A DNA stretch of 14,849 nt, from NCBI GenBank assembly GCA_046758365.1, contig JBHIAC010000083.1, forward strand, positions 1 to 14,849, read 5' to 3'. This stretch comes from a bacterium. Lineage in GTDB: Bacteria > Zhuqueibacterota > Zhuqueibacteria > Oceanimicrobiales > Oceanimicrobiaceae. The position numbers were made by a program, and so were the translations under genes. Positions 8,701-14,849 of the stretch are shown in pieces (the first letter of the stretch is position 1; the number at the start of each line of letters is the position of its first letter). The notes beneath the pieces were generated by a model that worked only from the letters and a program-made list of their open reading frames with translations, did not search any database and was not told where the DNA came from.

Positions 8701-9237
8701 GAAGCCAGACATAGAACCTAAAAGGGAAAACCAGGGCGTCCAGATATGTGCTGGAATGAGATAGGCCTGGGGATCAGTCTCTAAAACTATCTCAAGCAAA
8801 TCATGCGAGTCTAACCCCAAAATAGGTCGACCATCCGAACGAATGTTACCAATCTTTTCCAAAGAAGCCTGTAATTTTTCAACGGCGTCAAACGATGGTA
8901 AGAAAACTACATTGTGAATTTTCCGTACTTTATCATTTTTTTTGTAAATGTTACTTATCTCACCAGCCAACATGAAGCGTACCGTTCCTTGACACGCTTT
9001 AAACATCTCCCTTTGAATGGATTTTACATAATCTTCTTTTAATCGAAATAACCCTTCTTCTGCTGGTTCCAATTTCTTTTTCATTTCATCCAGCCAACCA
9101 GGATGGGCTATGTCTCCTGTGCCTACTACCTGCACGCCTTTGAGTTGAGCCCATTTACTGAGATATTCGAGATTTAATTCTTTGCTGGTAGCGCGAGAGA
9201 AGTGAGAGTGGATATGAAGGTCTGCAACAAAACTCAT
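5761..9237 (-). CDS. Endonuclease Q-like PHP nuclease fused to a UvrD/PcrA SF1 helicase
   Basis: N-terminal DLHIHS, GTGD, PAHIWTPW, ETGLSSD, SNSDAHS and Zn site GHRKC..CPEC. C-terminal Walker A AGPGTGKT, Walker B VDEYQD, GDPNQAIYGFRGA, NYRS, TLHASKGLEF and EERRLFYVGMTRA. Confidence 0.93.
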   Translation of the reverse strand: MSFVADLHIHSHFSRATSKELNLEYLSKWAQLKGVQVVGTGDIAHPGWLDEMKKKLEPAEEGLFRLKEDYVKSIQREMFKACQGTVRFMLAGEISNIYKKNDKVRKIHNVVFLPSFDAVEKLQASLEKIGNIRSDGRPILGLDSHDLLEIVLETDPQAYLIPAHIWTPWFSLLGSMSGFDSVEECFEELTPQIFALETGLSSDPPMNWRLSALDRYTLVSNSDAHSPQKLAREANIFNTELSYPAIFRALKSKDSEAFLGTIEFFPEEGKYHYDGHRKCGIQWDPKTTIKHNGICPECGKKVTVGVMHRVETLADREKGAKPKRSHPFKSLIPLSEILAEIYRVGVNSKRIQESFEKLLTKLGPELNILKDIPLEDIANIGDALLAEAIRRMRLAEIKTIAGYDGEYGIIRVFEDEEREAFSTQLGFFSSEGKKEEQIISPTQQLILKDKNLAEKLGTVQTPTKLRQKRSANQAYIELSGVDSHPKKKIEINQEEHPILFGLNIEQKEAVQCTNIPLIIVAGPGTGKTRTLTHRMAYLVHEKGVSPENLLAVAFTNKAAEEMADRLKNLLDPKVANQITIKTFHAFGSLILRSEGERIGLEPKYTIYSETDRRTLLKNINLSLKDKEIHLYLDKISSAKNQLLSPEACSIKDEFKDAPEFIDIYQKYELSLLKNHVLDFDDLISLSVKLFEENPDVLQKYQNRFRWISVDEYQDINLAQYRLLRLLTAPEVNICVIGDPNQAIYGFRGANREFFLKFQTDFPNTKIVHLSQNYRSTQLILDASEQVMAKSTKGQNLEIWSDLVSKTKLEIYQTPTHKAEAEYVVHKIEKMMGGTSYFSIDSGRIGAEDETTSMSFSDFAVLYRLNAQSKSLEEALLRSGIPYQTVGEIHFFERKEITAILSFLWFLYNSNSISHLHKIFNHFKPGTRIENLKNIFELANEKKASFWQVLQNFKEYNFWDTSQKKIFYNIVPILKALKKAAESQTVSQLIDLVGKYTNIKKSFQLDEKYSELFNKLISKALPFENRLGDFLESTVLQKETDDYDPRADRVTLMTLHASKGLEFPVVFIVGCEENLIPYQREGHTFDLEEERRLFYVGMTRAQQKLILTHANNRFLFGQKRQNPPSRFLSDIEDTLIELKRMESQKPKKEDKSKTQMSLF

Positions 9238-9370
9238 ATTGGGTTCCTCTGTTTTAGGCTGTTAAATTTAAGTCTGGGTTGATAAATTGAACCTCTATTA
9301 TACTATCCCTCCATTCATGTTGAAATTCTAATGGGACGGCAGGTAACTTGGTATATTAAAAGTGTCTTTA

Positions 9371-9399
9371 ATTATATTTAATTCTTTTTTCTTTTGCAA
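9371..9399 (-). promoter_or_regulatory. Sigma70-type promoter of the nuclease-helicase gene
   Basis: Minus strand TTGCAA (9399-9394), 17-nt spacer, TATAAT (9376-9371), about 130 nt upstream of the ATG. Confidence 0.7.
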
Positions 9400-9591
9400 G
9401 TTTTTTGATACCGCAGCACGATTTTTAATTAATTAAAGCAAAAGGGATAAATTATTAGACCGGCATGTCCCCAGATGAGAGGTTAATTTATTTTTTTCTG
9501 TTGTTTGTCGGTGAAAAGAATGTGGTTAGCTTCTATGATTATGACAAGATCGGTGCCTTGCTCAAGCTGGAAGTTGAGTGTTTGTTCAATT

Positions 9592-9783
9592 CCTAGCGCA
9601 GCGAGCTACAATGTTGAATTATGAATGAAATAGGTGATATAATTCATAATTGCTACATTGTCTCATTGTTACATTGTTACTAATCTAACAATTTAACAAT
9701 AGAGCCATGAAACAGTAGAGCAATGAGAATTAAAAATAAAAATTTTTGCAAAAAAACAAAGGTCTGATTGGTAATACTATAGA
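9592..9783 (+). repeat. Bipartite dispersed element, copy 2 (degenerate) with inverted 8-nt tandem repeats
   Basis: End A CCTAGCGCAGCGAGCTACAA; interior (ATTGYYWC)x4 at 9649-9680 and about 5 inverted units at 9686-9725; end B TTTTTGCAAAAAAACAAAGGTCTGATTGGTAATACTATAG. Confidence 0.7.
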
Positions 9784-11370
9784 TTAAGATGCTTTGCGAT
9801 ATACATAGAATACCTGCTGATTAGCAATGTTTGGGCTCCATTCCGTATGGTATTTCGGATAAAAAATCTTCAACAGATGCCAATGCGTCTCAATATGCCG
9901 CCGGATGGGTTCCCAATGGCCTCCTCTACGGGGTCCAAGTTTATCTTTGTTTAATAGGAATTTAGGGAATCTCCGAGAAAAAAACCAGAAATCAGAGAAC
10001 ACCGCATACTCAATATTGCTCTTTTCAAGCTCTTCAATGCTGTTTGGTAATTTGGTAGTCACTCCGTCGAGTCCAACCCCTATGTAACAGCCAATACACC
10101 GGGATGAGTCTACCTGTGTTTCCACGTATTCCTTAATCTTTTCATACGTGCTCGGCCGCTCAACGAGATTCAGATCGTACAAGATGATATTGTATATCGG
10201 TCTACTCACCACTAGGAGAAGGATACCCCCCACTAACAGACTGGCAACCTGTGGATTGACTTTTTGAGCAATGGTTCGATAAATGACCTCGATGCCGGCC
10301 GCAGCAAACAGGATCATTATGGGGATCATGGGAATGATCCAGCGGTCAATGGCTCCCCGGGTCGTTGAAAGAAATAGATAAAAGAGTACGCAGAAGATGG
10401 CAGGTATTAAGAAGTGGTTTTTTCTTTCATGAAAAAAAATAACTGCTATTCCAGCAAACGTTAGAATGACAATGCCCATTCCAACCCCGAAAGGTGGAGA
10501 AAAGTAAAAGTATGTTAGAAAAGTCCCCCTTATAATGAAAGGATAATTCACAATATGATAATAAATCAATTTTACCCACCAATTCACATCAATAAAGTAT
10601 AGCAAATTTATGATGACAAATGAAACAAAAAAAGATATAAACAGGATTTTCAAAAAAAACCAGAGCAACTTTCGATCATACTTGTGCTTTCCAAAGTCGA
10701 TAAGCAGCATGAGAAATATCGTCGCAAAAAGAATCAGACCTACATGAATCTTGCTGGATGCTGCAAACGAGGCAAATACTGAGCCTCCAATAAGATATTT
10801 TTTTTCAAAACCTATTATCCTAAACAGCAGGAGGAAATAGATACAGATAACAGTGAACATCGTTGTGAGAGAATCGGGTACGGCGTAATGAGCCGTTTCA
10901 ACATGTTTAAAAGCAAACGTAAAAAGGACTAAAGAGCTGATAACAAAGACCCTACTGCCACTCAAAATTTTAGCAATCTTGTAAACAAAATACATTGTAA
11001 CAATATTTGGAATAAACGATGTTAAAACTCTTGTGAGAATAAGTCCTAATGGGATTGGTAGACGAATATTGAAGATCTGTTCCACAAAGTAACCTATCGG
11101 TACTGAAATCGCGCTTAGATACTTTCCGGTTATTCCATAAATTGTGACAAATGTTTTATATTGAAAACTATTTAAATCAGTTATGATTTTGTATAAGGAC
11201 TTAACAAGTAAGCTGCCTCCATTGTAAAGATTTGATTCATCGAATCCCCAGCGTAGAAACCAAATGCCATAAAAGCGAATCATGGCTGCGGTTAGAAATA
11301 ACAGGATCAGCCAAATTTGGTCCGGCTTGTCAAAAAATTTTCTTAATCTTCTTTGTACCAAATGAAACAT
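9784..11370 (-). CDS. GT-C fold integral membrane glycosyltransferase (ArnT/PMT, GT39/GT83-like)
   Basis: 528 aa with many TM segments; acidic DE motif (WGFDES) after TM1; ETAHYAVPD, ASSK and RWIIP motifs typical of PMT_2-type proteins; soluble C-terminal domain. Confidence 0.8.
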   Translation of the reverse strand: MFHLVQRRLRKFFDKPDQIWLILLFLTAAMIRFYGIWFLRWGFDESNLYNGGSLLVKSLYKIITDLNSFQYKTFVTIYGITGKYLSAISVPIGYFVEQIFNIRLPIPLGLILTRVLTSFIPNIVTMYFVYKIAKILSGSRVFVISSLVLFTFAFKHVETAHYAVPDSLTTMFTVICIYFLLLFRIIGFEKKYLIGGSVFASFAASSKIHVGLILFATIFLMLLIDFGKHKYDRKLLWFFLKILFISFFVSFVIINLLYFIDVNWWVKLIYYHIVNYPFIIRGTFLTYFYFSPPFGVGMGIVILTFAGIAVIFFHERKNHFLIPAIFCVLFYLFLSTTRGAIDRWIIPMIPIMILFAAAGIEVIYRTIAQKVNPQVASLLVGGILLLVVSRPIYNIILYDLNLVERPSTYEKIKEYVETQVDSSRCIGCYIGVGLDGVTTKLPNSIEELEKSNIEYAVFSDFWFFSRRFPKFLLNKDKLGPRRGGHWEPIRRHIETHWHLLKIFYPKYHTEWSPNIANQQVFYVYRKAS

Positions 11371-11769
11371 AGCAATTTCCCGGGAAAATACAGAATGTTA
11401 CGATGCGTTAAAGTACTGATTAATATTATGACCTCTGAAAAATTCCATATTTAAGGATGACATAGGTCGCACGAACACCATCCTTCCAGTTTATTTTTTT
11501 ACCATCATTGTAACAAGGTATCACGATAGAAACTTTCATTTCCTTACCTAAATTTTAAAAGGTAGTTGAAAAAGTAATCTACTGGAGCGCCTTGTCTGGC
11601 ATCTTGACCAAGTGATCTGGCTGGTTTCGATAAATCGGGTTGAGTTCAGAAGACCCTCGCCTGAAAGCCGTCAATACGACAGCAATGCAGAACGGATGTT
11701 CTGATACTAATTCAGTGGTTTCTTAATCTATTCAGAGCTCTCTGCAATATCTTCGATTACAAGGTTGCA

Positions 11770-11955
11770 TTATTTGTCTTCCTTTTCTGGCGGGTAAACA
11801 GATTGTCTCCACTTCCATCCAAACAGCTTTTTAGTCAAACGCCGATACCAGCGAAATCTTGCCAGAGGTCTATCAATCGCTTTTAAAATTTTCATGGTTT
11901 GAAAAGGGATACATATTTTTTGATTTTTAAGATGTATTACTGACATATTAGGCAA
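11770..11955 (-). pseudogene. Possible 3' remnant of a decayed gene
   Basis: Protein-like 61-codon ORF with no RBS; the frame is open for a short distance upstream and is surrounded by other short fragmentary frames. Confidence 0.3.
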
Positions 11956-12348
11956 AATGCAGGAAATTAAATAAGCGGTAATTAATTTTTTACAGTATAT
12001 TTAACAATAAAAAAATCCCAATCGAATGGAAGTGAAAAGTAGGTGCCGGTATCACAGAGTGGAGTGATTGAGCAATCAATTTATTTCACCGAATAGCCTC
12101 ATATTCGGCTTCTAAGCGAAGATCTCGGAGTTAAGGGATGTGCTACTATATGTGTATAACATTTTGTAGCCCAGTCGTGCGAGGATTTTGCATGTTACCG
12201 TAAAAATCTGAACCGCCGAAAAGGCATGATAGTTTACAGCTTTTCGTGAGGTCTATGGGATGAACTACATTTACTCAATTATCACGCGAATCCTTCATAA
12301 TAATTTAGCGACTTATTTTTTAAATACATCTTACCCAATTATTTCCTG

Positions 12349-12377
12349 TTGATTTGGAAATATATTTTTTTTATATT
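12349..12377 (+). promoter_or_regulatory. Candidate sigma70 promoter just upstream of the nested repeat element and GH13 operon
   Basis: TTGATT (12349-12354), 17-nt spacer, TATATT (12372-12377). Confidence 0.5.
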
Positions 12378-12392
12378 TATAAGTTATTATTT

Positions 12393-12861
12393 CCTAGCGC
12401 GGCTAAGCCGCAAATAAACAAATAAATAAGATAATACCATTAAAAAACAAGACACAGATTTCTCTGAGAATCACAGAGTTCACAAAGAAAAAATAAAATG
12501 AATTCTCTGTGATCCCGTTGAAAATCGGGACTACTTTGTATTACAATCTTGTCAAACCTTGTTTTTTTAGCAAGGTTTTGACCATCTAATTAGAACAAAA
12601 AATATTTTAGCCACAGATTTGCACGGATGAAACACAGATTCAATAAATGTGGCTGTGAGTACATTTCAAATTATTAGCTTTATGATATCGTACATTATTT
12701 TTCACACTCTACGCATTCATCCGTGCGCATCCGTGTCAATCCGTGGCTTAATATTTTGGTTGCGGCCGAAGGTCGCGCTAGGTTCTCTGTGTCCCCTTGG
12801 TAATTCGATTATTTTTATTTTCTTGCAAAAAAATTAAGATTTTATTGGTAATATTTAAAAG
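12393..12861 (+). repeat. Bipartite dispersed element, copy 3 (outer, interrupted by copy 4)
   Basis: End A CCTAGCGCGGCTAAGCCGCAAA; CACAGAG-type units at 12451-12488 with inverted CTCTGTG units at 12503-12512 and 12783-12800; end B TCTTGCAAAAAAATTAAGATTTTATTGGTAATATTTAAAAG resembles 9744-9783. Confidence 0.7.
12533..12782 (-). repeat. Bipartite dispersed element, copy 4 (inner, inverted) with inverted 10-nt tandem repeats
   Basis: Ends nearly identical to copy 1. Interior arms 12597-12640 (CACRGAT x3) and 12716-12757 (ATCCGTG x3) form a long inverted repeat. Confidence 0.85.
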
Positions 12862-12914
12862 AATTTTCTTTTTTTATACTGTTTTGAAAAACAAAAAATT
12901 TAGAGGGGAGGATT

Positions 12915-14708
12915 ATGAAGTTAAAAAATGTGATTTATATATTGTTTTTATTTATGGCAACAGCACTATTTGCGCAAAATTCAGTCCCAGATTGGGCTAA
13001 GGGTGCGGTTTGGTATCAGATTCTTCCTGAACGTTTTAGAAATGGAAATCCTAATAATGACCCTATTAAAGAGCGCGTGGTTGGTAATGGTGTATCCGAC
13101 TGGCAGGTACACCCCTGGGCTTCGGATTGGTATAGGCTGCAAATTTGGGAAACTGCCCGTGGATTGGATTTCTATACTCTGATTAACGACCGACGATATG
13201 GTGGCGATTTGTTAGGCGTTATTGAAAAGCTGCATTATCTAAATGACCTTGGCATCGATGTGATTGTCTTCACTCCAATTTTTGAAGCCCCTTCCCACCA
13301 CAAATTTGACGCCTCAACCTACCATCACATCGATAATAATTTTGGTTATGACCGGGATGGGGATTGGGTCTCCATTCAGAATGAAAAAGAAGATTCAACC
13401 ACCTGGTCACTCACCCAAGCGGATCAAGTTTTTCTTAAATTAATAACACAAGCCCATGAATTAGGCATCAGAATCGTGATTAGTGGGGTGTTTAGCCATT
13501 GTGGTCGTGAGTTTTGGGCTTTTAAAGACGTGATGGAAAATCAGCAAAATTCTGCCTATAAAGACTGGTTCGACATTATTGGTTGGGATGATCCTGCTAC
13601 ACCTGATACCAATGAATTTAATTACAAAAGCTGGAAGGGTTACAAAAGTTTTCCTGAATTTAAGAAAGACGAAAATGGATTGGTGGAACCTGTTAAAAGA
13701 TACATCTTAGACATTACTCGTCGCTGGATGGATCCTAACGGAGATGGCGACCCTTCAGACGGAGTAGATGGATGGTGGCTTTGTGATGTAAAAGAAATTA
13801 ATCCAAAATTTTGGGAAGCGTGGTATCAGTTGGTTAAATCCATCAATTCCGATGCCTACACAGTTGGCGACATTTGGGAAATTGATACAAATTGGATTAA
13901 AAATAAACGCTTTGATGCGGTTATGAACTACCCTTTGGCTAAAGTTATGGTAGACTTTTTTATTGATAATCAAACTAAAATTTCAGTTTCTGATTTTGAT
14001 CTGCAACTTGAAAGATTAAGAAATCTTTATTCTGAAGACAGGAATCACATTTTATTAAATCTTATTGATAGTCATGATACAGATAGAGTTGCCAGTATGA
14101 TAAAAAATCCTGATAGAATTTATGACCACGAATCAGGATTACGCGATAACCCTGAGTACGATCCAAGAAAACCCAATAAAGATCAAATAAAAATTCAAAA
14201 GTTTATGGCCATATTCCAAATGACTTATGTGGGTGCGCCCTTGATTTATTACGGGGACGAGGCTGGCATGTGGGGAGGGGATGACCCAGATAATCGAAAG
14301 CCAATGCTTTGGAGAGAATTTGTTTATGAAAAAGAAACCTACAAAACTGTTCGCCCAGACTTAAAAGCTGAGGATGAAAATATATTTGATCGGAGTCTTT
14401 ATAATTACTATAAGAAATTGATGAAAATTCGTCATGAAAATCCAGCAATCCAGTACGGAAATTTTATGACTCGCATGGTAGACAATAAAAGAGGATTGTA
14501 TGCCTATTCTCGTAAATACAATACAAACGAAATAGTTGTTATTTTAAATAATAGCGATGATAAGCAGTTATTTGAATTTGCAACTCTTTGGGAGAATGGG
14601 ACAAAAGTCAAGGATCTATTAAATGAAAAGCCCTACCAAGTTAAAAATGGAGTTATCAAAATGGCCTTAGACAGCAAGTGGGGCGTGATTTTAGTTAAGA
14701 GAAAATGA
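12915..14708 (+). CDS. Secreted GH13 alpha-amylase-family (neopullulanase/cyclomaltodextrinase-like) protein with altered catalytic residues
   Basis: GGAGG RBS; signal peptide ..[46 protein letters not shown] and DPDNRKPM motifs. Confidence 0.92.
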   Translation: MKLKNVIYILFLFMATALFAQNSVPDWAKGAVWYQILPERFRNGNPNNDPIKERVVGNGVSDWQVHPWASDWYRLQIWETARGLDFYTLINDRRYGGDLLGVIEKLHYLNDLGIDVIVFTPIFEAPSHHKFDASTYHHIDNNFGYDRDGDWVSIQNEKEDSTTWSLTQADQVFLKLITQAHELGIRIVISGVFSHCGREFWAFKDVMENQQNSAYKDWFDIIGWDDPATPDTNEFNYKSWKGYKSFPEFKKDENGLVEPVKRYILDITRRWMDPNGDGDPSDGVDGWWLCDVKEINPKFWEAWYQLVKSINSDAYTVGDIWEIDTNWIKNKRFDAVMNYPLAKVMVDFFIDNQTKISVSDFDLQLERLRNLYSEDRNHILLNLIDSHDTDRVASMIKNPDRIYDHESGLRDNPEYDPRKPNKDQIKIQKFMAIFQMTYVGAPLIYYGDEAGMWGGDDPDNRKPMLWREFVYEKETYKTVRPDLKAEDENIFDRSLYNYYKKLMKIRHENPAIQYGNFMTRMVDNKRGLYAYSRKYNTNEIVVILNNSDDKQLFEFATLWENGTKVKDLLNEKPYQVKNGVIKMALDSKWGVILVKRK

Positions 14709-14849
14709 TAGAAATTGAAAACCTTTCGAAAAATTTTGGCAATAAAATAGCGGTCAAGAATTTAACTCTGCATATTCACCCAGGTGAAATTTTAGGCTTT
14801 TTGGGGCCTAACGGGGCTGGCAAGACCACGACCGTAAAAATGCTCACCG
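14705..14849 (+). CDS. ABC transporter ATP-binding protein (ABC-2/CcmA-like), 5' partial
   Basis: Hand translation [48 protein letters not shown] with Walker [13 protein letters not shown] overlap with the GH13 stop. Confidence 0.93.
   Translation, partial: MIEIENLSKNFGNKIAVKNLTLHIHPGEILGFLGPNGAGKTTTVKMLT

Noticed and set aside
9455..9595. Protein-like fragment (KNVVSFYDYDKIGALLKLEVE) before copy 2
   Set aside because: Too short, no start or RBS, and no family recognisable.
9649..9725. Possible CRISPR array (also considered for 12451-12757)
   Set aside because: Units are 8-10 nt, contiguous and inverted, with no unique spacers and no cas genes.
11559..11576. AAGGTAGTTGAAAAAGT resembling some IS terminal repeats
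   Set aside because: No partner inverted repeat or transposase found; short AT-rich match.
11728..11769. NLVIEDIAES after the stop of the 61-aa ORF, reminiscent of the DegT aminotransferase VIEDAA motif
   Set aside because: Flanking residues do not fit DegT; likely chance.
12197..12240. CTGAA..ATGATAG stem resembling the second hairpin of a c-di-GMP-I riboswitch
   Set aside because: The required upstream GCAAA(C)..GAAA..GACGCAAAG part is absent; an Infernal search would settle it.
12649..13182. ORFs 12649-12837, 12797-13000 and 12970-13182
   Set aside because: They run through the repeat element or overlap the GH13 gene out of frame.
13755..14448. Two antisense ORFs inside the GH13 gene
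   Set aside because: Shadow frames.

Overview
AT-rich bacterial chromosomal window. The gene content suggests a diderm, possibly KSB1/Calditrichota-like, but that is inference only. It opens with the 3' end of an rRNA operon (23S end, 5S, terminator). It then carries a small CxxC..CxxC (DUF5679-like) gene missed by the ORF track, an MMPL/RND transporter, a TPR lipoprotein, a TonB-anchor-like membrane protein, an EndoQ-like PHP nuclease-UvrD/PcrA helicase fusion, a GT-C glycosyltransferase and a decayed stretch. It ends with a secreted GH13 protein translationally coupled to an ABC ATPase that is truncated by the window. Three observations stand out. (1) Four copies of a bipartite non-coding element have conserved hairpin ends but interchangeable inverted tandem-repeat interiors, and one copy is nested inside another. 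(2) The GH13 protein lacks the canonical nucleophile and acid/base residues, so it is a probable pseudo-enzyme linked to an ABC transporter. (3) The nuclease-helicase fusion has two beta-clamp-like motifs.
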